This document shows positions 44,903 through 58,751 of a stretch of 64,000 nt of DNA, piece by piece. Below the pieces are notes generated by a model. The model was not told where the DNA came from. It saw nothing but the letters and a program-made list of their open reading frames with translations, and did no database searches. Position 1 is the first letter of the stretch, and the number at the start of each line of letters is the position of its first letter. This DNA comes from Zygnema circumcarinatum SAG 698-1b (taxonomy: Eukaryota; Plantae; Zygnematophyceae). The stretch is taken from assembly GCA_037447605.1 (NCBI GenBank), contig CM074816.1, positions 62,001 to 126,000 of the forward strand, given 5' to 3'. Both the position numbers and the translations under genes were made by a program.

Positions 44903-46906
44903 CGCACTGATGGGTCTTTGCATGCTGCCATGCTTGAAGGTAAGGGCTTTTTGTATGAGTTCCATAGGTCCCCGAATTGCAAGAATTGCAGGTTGTGATC
45001 GAACAGTGGTAAACCAGCGCATCACCGAGGGTACATTGGCACGTGCTTCAGAATCTATGACCTACGCCAAAGTGCAGAACAGAAATTAGAACAAAGCCTC
45101 GTGTAAAGACATCATTCAGCAGCTTTGGCTGACTGACTAGTATACACTCCATGTGATACATGGAGCGTCTGCTGATGTAAGACCATGACTTACAGCAAAC
45201 AACAGACTATCGACATTTTCTGAACACTCACCGTGGTAAAGAAGAGTTCTAACGCACACATAAGCACAATATCTGCCAGCGTGAGTTGTTGACCCACAAG
45301 AAACGTTACATTTCTGCAAAAAAACACACACACAAATTGAGTCCGAGAGGAAATAACCAAGATTTCATAATAGAAACTTGTACTTTTTTCGTCCATGACA
45401 TTTTACGCCAACTCACTACAAAATTACAACCATTGAACAATAGTAATCGATGACACCTGCATTTTCAAGAAGGATCCTACGCAACTGGAAATCATGAGAA
45501 GGGCGAAAGTTTCATCCTACCTCAAATACATATCCAGAGAGTTCAACAGTGCACTCATTTCCGCCTTGGCTTCCTCCTCGAGCTGCAATCAAGCCCACAA
45601 CTTTGGATGACTTTGCACAAAGAGGCCCAAAGTGATGCTCTCTTCTTGGTAGTAAGGAAAAGGAGACTGACGAAATCCTGTGCGAAGGATGGCCAGAATG
45701 TTTTACCTCTGCGATTTGACCTTTTCCTGAAATAATGGGTCGAACCCAGTCAGAGAACAATTGCTGGATTGTGTATGATGACATGTCCAGCCACGCATCA
45801 ATTTCGCCCTGCAGGCATCCAAATGGTCTGAGTCAATGCATTTTCTGCAGCTCTGTTCTGATAGAGATACGTTAATAAGACATGTGCATCATTTAGTCAC
45901 CAACATGATGACAACCTTCGAGCTAACTTTGTTTGAAAAACCTGCGAAAATGCTTGTACCACAACAAGGAAGAATCGTTAAAGCGAAAACAATGTGAAAT
46001 GTTAACTTACTCGAATATCCTCATAGGGAATAAACGATGGCGGATACAATGGTGCTTCATGTAGAGAAGCTACTGCAAATCCAGACACGAAGGAATGTAA
46101 GGCTCTGCGTATACATTGAGTGCCAGAAACACCATGCGAAGGAAAGGATTTTCTGCCTGATTAGGGAACAAAAGTGCTTGAGAAAGAAGAGCAAGGTCAC
46201 GAAATTATGCTCATCTATAAAGACTTTTGCTTAAAGGTTGTAATGGCTTGGTTTACTGCAAAGGTTGAGTTTACAAGTACGCACCATATCTCGCTATAGC
46301 GTTACCTTCAAAAACAACGCTATCAGAAAGCTCCAAAACAGGAGTCTACAAAAGCCAGAATGACATGTATCAGCCACGGATAAAAATGAAGGCAGGCGAT
46401 TGCTTCTTTGTTAAATTGTAAATAGATACCCCTAAGCTTCTCCGGCTCTGCTGGCCTTCAGCAACTCCTACATCCAAAGGTAGTACGCTAAGTTTAAAAC
46501 CTTGTACAGAAACATTTTGCATCGTACGTTCTTAATGACGCATGCCGGAAAACTGCCAAAACGTACCCACTTTCCCATCAAGGCAATGCACAGTGCACAG
46601 TGCTATATTCAGGACGAGCTATGGCAATATTTGTGGGCATAAGTATCACCTTTCCTGTGGGATTCATAGCCAGGAACTCCGGCTTCCTATTTGTAACATG
46701 ATGCTCATAAGGAGGAACATCGATGTGAACACCCGTGTAGGCTGCGGCAATGAGGACGCTTCTTGCAAAAGGGCCGTGGCCGCCCCACAGCTTCTGCACG
46801 CACGAATGCAGTTCTAGGAGCTCCGTTAGAAATTAAGCTATAACACCAATCATTCGGGCAACGGATGTAACTTATGCATACTCTAAGCATTTCTTACGCC
46901 AATCAT
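44903..46906 (-). CDS. GST-fold protein resembling the N-terminal GST-like region of eEF1B-gamma; 3' end unresolved
   Basis: Spliced frame (M-I-G)|KLWGGHGPFARSVLIAAAYTG...PEFLAMNPTGK|TPVLELSDSVVFEGNAIARY|VASLHEAPLYP..|GEIDAWLD..|..LNSLDMYL|RNVTFLVGQQLTLADIV..|..NVPSVMRWFTTVRSQP. The 9-nt first coding exon (46898-46906) is inferred from a strong GTAAGA donor. Confidence 0.75.
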
Positions 46907-49049
46907 CTCCTAACAATTTTTTTTTAGATTGTACCAAAAATAAGCCCAGTCAATGAAAGTCGGTAAGACAACTGGCCCAAATTTTCATACATATTTCAGA
47001 ATACAGGCCCCCGTAGACATGTATCAGACAATGCAGGGGCCAAAACAAGAGCAAACGTGCAAGTAGTAGTAAGTATCTCTGCCGTTGCCTCAACCATTCT
47101 TCAAGTCTGCAGGTTGGCTTGCTCATTCACCGCCCTTCCTTTCACCCTTTTTTCAATACCTCTCAGCATTTCAGATCTCTCCATACCCTTACGAGTCTTT
47201 AGTCATTCCGATTCCAATCACAGCTGAAAAGCCATATCAATAAGCATTAAAAATAGAAAAATCCAGCTCAGAGAAAAAATGAGTTACTAGCTTAGAGCAG
47301 GTTATCGCAAGAGTCATCAGTAGCGTGCGAAAATCGCAGTAGTTGTTGTCTGATATACGACTTGGGACTGCATACTATGGAGGGCCATTGACCTCGAGTA
47401 GTCACCATTTTTAAGTTGACAAGTGACGTCCCTGCAGCAGAAACTGAAGTCAGCGGGAGGGATGCTTAACATTTGCGCGCGGAGGTGGGCCGTCGATTGC
47501 AGGCGCAGAAGAGTGCAGACAGATTGGCTTCAACCATGGATTGGTGACAGAAATGCAACCAACCTTTCCAAAAATAAGGGAGAGAGAGCGCAGAGAACAG
47601 AAATGAAGCAGGAGTGTGGTGCACTCGAGCTTCCCATGTAAGAATCAGAATTTGCTCGCTACGGATTGTGATCTTGGAAAAGTTCAAAACTGTAGTAATC
47701 CGTACCGAGCAAGCTCTGATTCCATATTCCCGGGACTGGATGTCCCTGGAGTTCCATGAGCTGTGTTGCCGAGCAGTCCACGTTTAACTTTACGGAAATT
47801 CCCTGTTAGGTTCCAATTTTCAACTACATGTAGAACATGGAACGGCTCGGCTGCTTCAGTTCAAGGAGAGTTGAAAAGGTAAGATGAGTTCGGCGATTCG
47901 GTGGTTCTTGTGAACGCTTTGGCGCACAACACTTGGGTGAAGGCAACACCATGTTGTTGTAGTTCTTGTTGCGCATGTACATTTGATGGCACCACCAGCG
48001 TGAGTTCAATGCCAATTCATTTGAGACTTTGATAAATGGAATGCAACAAAGTCATGAAAGGTTTGGCTCTCACTAGCCCAACAGTTAGCGAGAATTTCAT
48101 CGTGTACTCAACAATGCTGCGTGGAAATGTGAGAAGTGGTTCCAACGGTCCCAGACCGCAATTGGGCGTGCCATAGTGCGCAATACTGCATGCAGTCTCC
48201 TTTGCCCAAAGCATAGAAAAGTTGCGACACATTTGACTACGATACCATCCACCTGCCATAGTACAACGTTGTGCAGTATTCAATAGAGAGTCCTTGAAAG
48301 AAGCATGCACAAGCATGCATGCATACACATGGCAACAAGGCCGATGAAAAGTAGCACTGATAAGGACCCAAGAGTCCAAAACAAAACCTCTCAGAAGTTT
48401 GGTTTTTCTTAGTTCAGTTGGTTCTGTTTGGTGCCTTTCTTTTCCTTTGCCTTCACTTTGTTCAGTCTAATTCAGCTCTGTGTTGATAGGTTTCGTTTCG
48501 TCGTCTTTCAGTTTCTTTCTGCTTCACAAAAAAAAGATTATTTTCTAAGTTCGTGTGTTCCTCCGTTCTTTATCATCGAGGCGCTGTGTCTTGTCCTCCT
48601 GCGAATCACGGGTACGGTATTTTGTTAAGCCTGGCTACCCGGTATAGTATCAGAGTTTTCCCGCTACCGATTCCGACCCCGCACAGTTCCAATCCTCAGT
48701 AAACCGTACTGCGCAAATCCTGATTCCAACGCGCAGCCTGGTCGAGGGAGGTCGCGCCCCTCCCCTTCCGGCGAGAGCACTTCCGGACGGAGCGCCCTCG
48801 CACGTGCGGCGCCGCCCAGTTGCGAGCAGCTCCCCTGCTTCCCGCGCCAGCTGGAGCTTGCTTCCGCCATGGACATGGCTGCCTGCTGAAGCCTGAAGCT
48901 TGAAGCACAGGTCAATACCGTCCCATGCGCGCCCATGGACGCCATGGGCGCGACGCTCTCGACTCCAGGCGACGGTATTGAAGGGACAGCAGCAGCTGGC
49001 AGACATAGAATAGTTGTGTGAGGGCGCGGGTTGAGCTTGCAGGAGGAGA

Positions 49050-52000
49050 ATGGCGCCCGGGAGGGCCAGGAGAGTGCGGACGGACTGGGCGTTGGGCGAC
49101 CTCGTGCTGGCGAAAGTGAAGGGATATCCCGCATGGCCGGCGCAGGTGGAGGATGCAACAGTGTGGCAAATACGGTCTGTGAAGAACAAGGTTTTTGTAG
49201 TCTTCTTCGGCCCGGGAAAGCAAGTGTAAGGTTTTGCGTTGCTCTAGCTTTTAAGCTTTTTTTTTTGACGGGGCTACCCGGATGCTGTATGCTACATTGA
49301 AATGTTTCGTGCATCGCTTGACGAGGCCTGTTGGTTGCACAGACGCCATTGCCAGCCACACGAGCTCTCTTCCTTTTCTCTGGATACAAGAAATGAGCTT
49401 CTCGAAAAATTGCGCGCAAAGGCTACTCCCGGGATGTCTGAAGCTCTTGGAGAGATTACTGAGGAGCTGGAATGGAGAGAACACAATCCGGGTCAAGCTC
49501 GTCGGAGAAATCCAGATGGAAGTACCTTTGCAATTCAAAGAGAGACAAACGATGTGAAGGAGGAGGTATGATTTCATCCTTGAGCCGCGTGTTGCTTCTA
49601 TGCCATTCTTAATTGGAGGGACGCCAACAAATGCACTGGCAATGCTTCTGAATGATTTTAGAGAATGGATGGATTTACAGGTTCCTAGTGCCAAACAGAG
49701 CGAAGGCAACCACGTAGTCGCAAATCGGGACACTGTGGTCAGTGTGCCTGTTGAACTACATCAAGATGGAGCCACAATTCCTGGAGGTGTAGATGCTTCA
49801 GCAATTTGCAACGAGATTGCCGGCAGCAAACCTGGAGAGTCCAAAGTTGGTAGTCCACTCGCTGAGAATCTGGGTAAGCCTTATGCCCGCACTCATCATC
49901 GCACCTCCCTCCATAATGATTTCCACAAAGGAAAGGCTTGAGCTCAAGGCTCTCAAAGCATAGCTTCGCTGAGAGCTTGCCAAGAGTAATTATATAGATG
50001 GACATCACCTTTGGTGTTCATCATCTAGCAAACAAAGAAAATACACCAAATCGAAGTGTATGCAGGGTGCAGTGGATTTGTAGCCAGCATAGAGTTTGGC
50101 GGTTAATCTAAATCAGAGCAAGAACACGCTGCTGCTTCTTTGGTGGATGCAGGGACCTTTGACCATTCGAATAGAGAAACTCAAGTTCTTGTTACTAGTT
50201 CTGGCGGTATCACTGAGATTTTGTATAGCAGGAGGCAGCGGAAACGGGAAGCTGATACGCATGGGGGGGAGCTAGAAGAGGGGCAACAAGTTGCAAGCAA
50301 GACTTCGGATTCTCAAGTGGTTGATGCAATCAAGGGAGGGCATCCTGTTGACAGCACTTCTGGCCTTGAGCCTTCTAGTGGTTTGCACGGTGAACGCCAG
50401 GAGTTGCAAGCTACCAGTGAGGCAGTTCTAGTTGAATCTCGGGAAGTTGTAGCAGAAATGGGACACGTGTTAGAAGATCAGGGGAAGAAAAGGCGTGGAA
50501 GGCCCAAAAAATCGGCACCTAAGAGGATATTGCCTAAAAGAGGGTCCAGTGCACGGAAGGTTGCTACTGTAGCTGAAACCATAGGGGGGGAGCCTTCGGA
50601 AGGAGTCATTCATGTGGCTATCCAGGCTGAGGCTGAGACTCTGCCGAGCGTCGGTGAGAAAATGTCAGAGGTGCCGTGCATCCCTGCTCCTGAAGCTGAG
50701 CTTCATCGGCGTTGTGCAGATGGTCTTGGTGCTGAGCTAAGCAGTGGGACTTACTCACTGCCAGATACAGAAAGGCCTCGGAAGACTGGTTCTTTGAAGG
50801 CAATTACCGACAACGTTATGTCACCAAACTGTTCATCGGCTCGCACATCAAGCAGGCCTGACCTTGCCGAAGGCATGACTGAATTGGCAGAACATGGAGA
50901 ACCACACGAACCACCACCTTTAGCCGGAGGGGACGAGCTTGGTGCTTTCGCTCAAAAAGGGCAAGCAGTGAATACTGAGCACACAGTGCAGATGGATAGC
51001 TTGGAGTTGTTACGGGGGCCCTCCTCATCTGCAATAGACGAAGTAGTAGTGGAGAAAGCAGTCAGTGATTCAGGAGCAAGTAAAGTTGATGGAGCAGCAA
51101 CTTCTCTCGGCAAACGAACAGCGTCTTGGGAAACATTGGAATTGGAAGTCAATAAAGGCAAGCGGAGAATCGAGTACAACGACGAGCCATTGTCGGCTCC
51201 GGTTGCTGCTCTGGACAAAGAGGAGACATCTCTCGCAGAGAAGTCTCCGGCAGATGTGGTACTGCCACTGCCACATCTGCCAAGAAATTCTGAGGGGAGA
51301 GGGAGAGGGCGGGGACGGAACGGAAGGCTTTCCAAAAGGAAGTCAAATGGACAGAGTTCGGAGGTTCCTCCTGTAGAGCCTCGTCTCACAAGGGCGAGCT
51401 CTCAACGCCGTAACATGAAAGAAACTGCTCAATTGGAAGTAGGCTCCAATGATGGGGCAGAACCCAACACTTCTGTAGGTCAGGAAGCAAAGAGCAAGTC
51501 TAAGGCTTTACTTCAGAAGAAGCCACTGGAAAAGTCTGGGGGTAAGCTAGTGGAATCTGAAGATAAGGTCTCTCCAAGCCCTAGCAGTCATGAGGCTGAT
51601 CAGACAGGATCAGAAAGGGTTCCAAAGGATCTGGGCCATAGCCATACTAGTTCTAAAACAGATACGCCTAAAACCCCTGCGAACAGTTACCGTGCTCCTC
51701 GTGAGGAATCAAAGGCCTCTTCGGCAGGGCTGAAGAGGAAAAATCCGGCAACAAGTACAAATCACTTAGCGAATAGCAGTGTACTAGCATCCCCTGATAG
51801 ACCAATGGGAAAGCGACCCAAAGTAGGCACTCCGTTAAATTCTCGGTCTTCCTTGCCTTCCCCAATCGGAAACCATTTACGAGAAGCCCAAGAGCCATCT
51901 CGATCTCGGCAACTTAGTGGCAAAGTACTGCCAACTTTGGATAAAGGGGATGCTAGCAAAGTCAGAGATAGCAGTCAAGGGAAAGTGGGTGAGCCACATT

Positions 52001-55000
52001 CTGATAGGTCGAATGTTAAGGTGGAGCCTGAAGTGGGGAGAAAGGCAGCCCCTGATGGAGCTGAACATGGACGAGCTCCTTTACACAGTGATTCCGTGGA
52101 AGATGAGAAACAACAGAGCAATTCTACACCAAAGAACTCAGCTGTGGGAAGTTTGCAAGAAGCAGGAGAGAAGTTGCGGAAAGGGTATGTCAGTTGTTCG
52201 CAAGCTCAGTTCCTTGCTTTCATAAGTATGCATTTTTTACATCGAGTTTTTTATTGCAGCCATTCCCTTGTTTTGATTGATTAAGTTTTGACCATAGGCA
52301 CCTGGAATCACACCGTTGCCTCACATTGTTGACAAGTATTACTTGCTGTTGTCTCCCTATCTTTTTGTCTTGCTTGTGCATTTAAACCTTTTTCGTCCCT
52401 CTAATGTTTTCAATCCTTTTGATTGTTTGCATGGAAATCAGTGCACTCATTTTGAAGCTTTCAGAAACTAACATGAGAAGGAAGTTTTCAGAAACTAACA
52501 TGCGTAAGAAGTAAGAGTTGGATCAAGGCTACACTCATGTCATAGATCTGAAGTTCCACTGGCCCTTACGTTCCCGTTTCCTTTTTCTTTTTTGTTTTTC
52601 AATCAGATACTTACGAGAAAAGGTCCAGAAACATAATGTCAAGATTTTGGAGCCCGAGTCAACTATGCGTTCACTGTTAGAGGCGGCCCGAGCTCGAAAG
52701 GAGCAACGGAGTTTAGTGCGTGTGAGCGGAACACCTCCTCCTGCCTCTCACTTGCGAGGAGAGGGAGAGGTCCCAATTCTCCCTACCTCACCTTCAGATA
52801 TTCGCCCTTCAGCACAGCTTTCCCCAGACTATTCCCGATTCAACACGTTTGCCAATGTTGAAGGAGCAGAAGAGGCAACTGCTGTTATCGGGGATGGGAC
52901 TTCTGCAGACAAACAAGGCCCCAGTTCAGAAACAAAGCCTGCTTCTCTCTCTCCATATGAGAGTGGAGCGTTAGAGAAGACGGGAGGATCTTTGGGAGTA
53001 GAGGGGTTGGATTTTCCGGCTGATTCTCACTCATCCCCTCCGCCTCCTGAGCAGCAACCTTGGGCCAATATTGTAGGGAAAGGGCAGCTTATGGAGGCTG
53101 AACTCAATGCCCCAACAGACGACTCTCAGTCTCTTTTGGAAGCAGAAGTTGCACGAGATACTCTGGCGAGCATGTTGGAGAGCTTGTCTAGAACAAGGGA
53201 GAGCATTGGCAAGATTACACGCTTTGCTATGGATAGTCTACATAGTGGAACACACCGACAGGTTAAAATACACAAAATGCATCCTTCCTTCATTTCCTGC
53301 TGCCATCCATGCTAGTAAATCCGTGTGGATTTTCATTCAGCTGTGCTTTAGAACGCCAAAGTATGTGTCTCCTTACTTAACCATTATTAATCACTGCATA
53401 ATTTTATTCTTACGGACATTAGAAGATGTTTCCGCCTGTGGGGTATAGTCGAAGTGGACCTAATATCTGACACTCGCCTTTGGGTGGTGTTACAGCTGGT
53501 CGAATTAATCGTGGTTAAAATGGAAACGGAGGAGAGTTTACATAAGCGGGGAGACCTCTTTTTATTGATCGACTCTATCAGTCAAGCAAGCAGCAAGGCC
53601 ACCAAGAGTGAGATACATATTGCAAATTCTCAATTTCCTGCCTTCATTGCAATCTACCTGTATCCGTTCTCTGCTATTTACACGCCTTAGCATACCTTGT
53701 GTCATTACTTGTCGTTGACCATATCTTGTGTCACTTTGTTCTTGTAAGTGGTTTCAAATGCGACAGTCTCCTTTTCAGGGTTGTCATCGAGTTTCCAATC
53801 ACCCATTTTAATATCTTATTGGCATCTCGAATTGTGTTTGGACAGTAAATCTAGAGACTTACAAACCTCATCTTTCCAATTCTAATTGTGCGTCCAATGG
53901 CTTCTAGTGCATTCTCATCATTTCCAATCTCGTCCGCTTGTCAAGGTTTGTATCGGTCTTTTGTCACAAGTGCCCATTATCGTTAAAGATTACCATCACT
54001 CTTGATGAGCAAAGAATGAGCGATTCTATGAACGATTTCCTAAAGCCTCAAGCCTCACACTGCTTTTGTTTCTTTTTGTTGGCTCGAGCAGGTGGGTCGC
54101 TTGCAGCCTCCTTTTTGTCAGATGTGGAATCTCGGCTCAAACGCGCTTTGGCTGCTGCTGCCCCTCCTGGGAAAGAAGCGCATCACAATCGCCATACATG
54201 TCACAAGGTCAGCCAACTGTCCATAATACAACATATATGGCATACATATGGCTTTTTTTCATAGAATAATTCGATTTGCGTTCAATATATCTTGAAGATT
54301 TGAGGATGTATCCGCTGTATAGGTTCTGCATCCATAATACAACATATATGACATACACGCTTTTTTTCATAGAATAATTCGATTTGCTTTCAATATATCT
54401 TGAAAATTTGAGGATGTATCCGCCTGTATAGGTATACAGAATCTTGTTCTTGGTTCTTCATTTCCTCAGACCTTTCCTAGCATAGGTACTACGTGCACAC
54501 GTCCTTTTTCCCATATTTGGAGCCTTGTTTTTGGACTTTTGCAGTGTCTTGATTTGTGGCTCCAACGAGAAGTATTACCGGCCGATGTGTTGAAGCCGCT
54601 TCTTACAGAGCTTGAAGAGCGTATGAAGAATGATGAGGCAAACAAGGAGGCCCTTGTTGGGGGAGGCTCGCGTCGACCGCTTCGTAGTGAGAGGGGATTG
54701 GATGATCCACTCCGTGAGATGGGAGACATTTTACTGGATGAGTATGGCAGGTGGGTGTGGAGTTTTCCTGATTCTTTGAGTTCAGCCTTGTTTCGTGTTC
54801 ACGAACTCGAGAAGCAACCAATCCCTTATGGACTGCTCTCACACTGCGAGAACTTCGAGAATGATCTCGTCCTTCACCGGAACATGAAATGCAACCGCAG
54901 ACAGTTGAATTTGTCATATGCCAAAGCCAGTTTCTGATTTCGTATACATAGAATCCGAAGCATGATAGCTACATGCATTTGGATAGTGTAACAAACATAT

Positions 55001-57229
55001 AGTGCAAGTTTTCACTGAGTTGTTATGTTTTGATGTGGGGCTATTGCAGCAATACATGCTTTTCATTGACTAGCGCACTTGGGCCTAGTCCTGAGGATGT
55101 GGAAGAAAGCGGAGTTCCCACTCCTGACCTAAATGCGGCCTATGAACGAGTAAAGGAGGAAGCATTGAACAGTGATTTGGAGAATGCGGAAGGTGTGGAG
55201 AATGAGCACTCTGCTCTCCCTACGGATGGTCCAAAGGGAGGTCATGGAGGAGGGGAAGCTCAACTGAGTAAGGTACAAAATGAGCAGGACTATTCCTATT
55301 GGATGCCTACTCCTTCTTTGCCTCCTCCACCGACATCACCTCCTCCCTCTCCACCTCCTCTCCCTTCTTCACCGCCACCATCCCCACCACCTTTGCCTCC
55401 ATCCTCTCCATCCAAAACTGTCACCGGTAGTGCTGCCCTCGTACAAAGCAGCCCCAGCTCCAATCCTTTACGTCCACCACCTGTTTTTGGGGAAAATTTC
55501 CGACCTCCATCGGCCGGATGGCAGCACAAGGAGCAGTCTGTTTTGCAGCAGTCAGCAGGACAACCATCTCTCTATCCTGCTTTTCCAGCAAGCAGTCAAG
55601 TCACTTCACATTTTCCATATGCCCATGCAATGCAGGCTGGTGTTAAGCCCATGTTACCTCCGGGCAATTCCCGCATGCTTCCCCCTCTCCCTCCTCTCCC
55701 TCCTGCCCCTCATTCGGCACCAATTCCTAGACCACCTCGTCCTCCTTTACCCGAGTCGTCTCTCTCACAGGGCTCTGAGTTGATTGGAAGCAACTCTGTC
55801 CCACAAAAAGCTCCAAATCCGCCCCCTTTACCTCCATCTGCTCCCCGCCCTCTCCCTCAACCTCAGCCTTTTCCTCCCGTCCGCCCCCCTCCCCCACCAG
55901 GAGCACCTCCATCACAGCAACAAACAGGTATCCATGTTCCACAATCCCTCCCGCAGTTCCGAGGCCAGTCAAACCCTCCACTTCCGCCTCCCTCCCTCTC
56001 GGCACCCTTCAGCACTCCTGGAGAAGTGGAGTTGAGTGGAGGTCGGACCCATGTGCCCCCATGGATTCAAAATTCTGTTCCAGTGTTAGAACAGCAGCAA
56101 CAACCCTCTACCTTTTCGACCGGTCCTCAGTCTGTAGATTGGGCTTGGTCGAATTTCTCCGACAGAGGGAGAATGGGTCAGCTCCAGCAGATGGACTCTG
56201 CAATGAGATCGGCTGGTCAGGCACACCCACAGGGTAAGCTTTTCTCCTTGACAACTTGATATGCTAGTCACCCATCGCCTCATTTTACTATTGGGTTTTA
56301 CTTAAAAAGCAAGAATGTTAAAGTTTTCTGTGAGTTTGCTGTCATTGTAGGAGGCAAAGCAGGCCCAGGTTTGCAGCCAGGAAGTGCTGGAAACCCCCCT
56401 CCCCCTCCCCATGGGAACAGGCAGCCTCCTGGTTTCTCTCCCTCTGCTCCTCTCCCGCCTTATGGACCCCCTCGCCCTGCTGTTCCTCAGCAACAAATGC
56501 AGCAGCCTATGATGCCTTCACTCCCATTCATGCCCTTCACAGGAGGAGCTGCCCCTCCTCCTCCAATGGTGCCTTATCCACAGGGAGGGACTGGCTTAAT
56601 GCCACCTCATATGACAGGCGGCTTGCATAATATTCCGCCTATGCAAGGCAAGTTGCAAGACCTGCGTGTTATTGTTAAGGACCAGTTTGAAGTTGTTTTC
56701 TTATACTGGCCGTCTTGAAGTATTCGTTCTTAAGGGTCGGAATTACTTCTTTATTCGGGAATGCCATGTTTGTGTCGATGTTCTTACCCGATTTCTAAGA
56801 GAGGAGTCTTAAGTTCGTCAATCATCATTTGGCCATTCTGATTCAGGAAGAATTGCTTGATGATCTAAGAGAGGTTAGTACCATCCGACACTTAAGTTCT
56901 AGAAGCACGATGGCAGAAAATCAAAAGGCTGACTCGTTAATCTACGACCTCCTCCTACAATTGAATCAAGTATCTTTTTTTATTTTCTGCCTCACTTATT
57001 TCTGCTGCTTCTGACAAACACTAAGAAGCTATCATTTCCCCTCTCATTCTTGCCTGCTCGATAACTAAAACTCAAACTAAAAGAAACTCGTAAGAGCTCG
57101 TATTGATCTGTTTTCGACTTATGCAATACTCTGGCAGGGTTAGGCCCACAACAGCAGCAGCAGCAGCACCTTGGCGTGCAAGGGAACCGTCCTCCGAGCC
57201 ATCACACGTGGGGAGTCAGCCCCCCATGA
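49050..57229 (+). CDS. HUA2: HUA2/HULK-family protein (PWWP domain, long acidic linker, CID/RPR domain, Pro-rich C-terminus)
   Basis: MAPGR...LGDLVLAKVKGYPAWPA (PWWP); MLESLSRTRESIGKITRFA, METEESLHKRGDLFLLIDSISQ and LDLWLQREVLP (CID); RSERGLDDPLREMGDILLDEYGSN; poly-Pro exon 55048-56232. The final exon 57138-57229 is inferred via a GC donor at 56648. Confidence 0.92.
54221..54433 (+). repeat. Intronic tandem duplication, ~111-bp unit x2
   Basis: ccataatacaacatatatg...gaggatgtatccgc(c)tgtatagg occurs at 54221 and 54332. Confidence 0.85.
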
Positions 57230-57956
57230 GGGAGAGAACTGCAAGTTGGGGCTGCTTCCAAAGCTTTTCCATGCAGGTATAATGCTGCAAGCGATAATGT
57301 GAGCTTAACGGCAAGTTTTGTCCTGTCTGAAGTTCGAAGGCTGAGGTGCACACAGGCTTTCCCAACCAAGGTGGCTAAGTCTCGCGGGCTTGTACGGTTC
57401 TCATGTTTTGTTTGGCGGGATTAGGCAGTGTGCAACAACCCTACGTTGATTGTCCCTACTTAAATGGAGGCAGAGATGCCGAAGTCTCAGTCCCCGTTAC
57501 AGCTTTAAAGTTACTCCGTGCACTTTCCAGAGACTAAGGGACACCACATTTAAGTTTCAAGACGAATTTCGAGGATGTGCCACTTGGGGTTCTTGTGTTG
57601 TGAGACGAACTTGAAAGCAACGCTCACGCGTAGAAGCAGTTCAGGCTCGTGTGATCCAATTCTCAGAGAAAAGTGCGGGGCAGACTCCACTTTAGGAAAG
57701 GGTATGAGGGGAGAGCCTCAGCAGCAACAGCAGTGCGCAGTGATGCAGGGAGCTCCTCCACCCCTGTTGTTTTTCAAGTTTGCAGAAAGTAAACTGCATG
57801 GGACAAGTTTTGGACAATAATGTCTGTCTCATGGCTATCACTGTTGACTACGGCACACTGTTGGCCATATCTCAAGCCTATATAAAGCTAAGGGTGGCTG
57901 CTCAACCCACTGGGAAAGCCCAATTTGGCCTAGTTTGGAGATAAAGGAAGCACCTT

Positions 57957-58751
57957 TCAAGTGTATGTGGCCGCAGTCGATCTCTCAGAAAATCTATTAT
58001 GACTCATTGGGAAGCCTGCCTGTAAAGCAGCACAGCACTTGCTGTTTTTTTTGGGAAATCCTGATGGTTTTACGCTGTCGGAGGGTAAGCTGATCCCAGC
58101 AGGCGCCGTTTGTGGAGTCAATGGATATGCCTGTGGTACACCATGAAGGGAGACAGAGATTTCCGGAAGCGCTTGTTCTGAGAGATGTTGTCTTAAGAGA
58201 GGGCTTGAACTCGGTACAGAGGCCCCTTTTTGGAGTGTGTACTCCGGTTCACCACTAAAATTAGCAACTTGTAATCCTTGCATTTTCCTCAAAGTGCGAG
58301 ATTTGAAAAACTTGTCGTTGTAAAGGGCCTTGCTTGAGAGTCGCCCTAACTCTTTCCAGTTTTGGTTGTTGCGAACCCAGAGGGGTCGTTTCGGAGTGCT
58401 GGAAGATAGGGTTTGAAGGGACTCCCGCAGCCAATTGATGCTCTTTTCCTTTCCGCGGTGCAGCGGCACGCTCACGATGCCTCTCTCAACAGCATTGAGA
58501 TCCCTCCACTTTTAAGGATTGGGCTCAAGGACAGGCAAGTCATTGTTTGACGTCGACTCTATTGCCACTAAAGGGCCATGTCTCGTGCTGCTCTTAGATG
58601 AAGGGCTTTGCTGTAACACGGTAAGATTAGGCTGACCAGTGGAAGCGGACTTGAGAGTTCCTTTCAGTTTTTTGCCATCAGATTGAAATGTTGGACTTGT
58701 GGTGTTGCTTTGACTCCAACCGCTGGACAGATCGCAGTGAGTTTGAAGTGC
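57957..58751 (-). pseudogene. Possible exon of an unknown gene or pseudogene: 265-codon frame with one in-frame TAA
   Basis: After a ttctgtag acceptor the minus frame is open to the stop at 57957 except for TAA at 58512-58514. No family recognised and no upstream exon found. Confidence 0.3.

Noticed and set aside
48650-49733. Minus-strand ORFs of 160-251 aa overlapping the HULK 5' end
   Set aside because: They are antisense to PWWP exons and the GC-rich leader, with no recognisable motifs.
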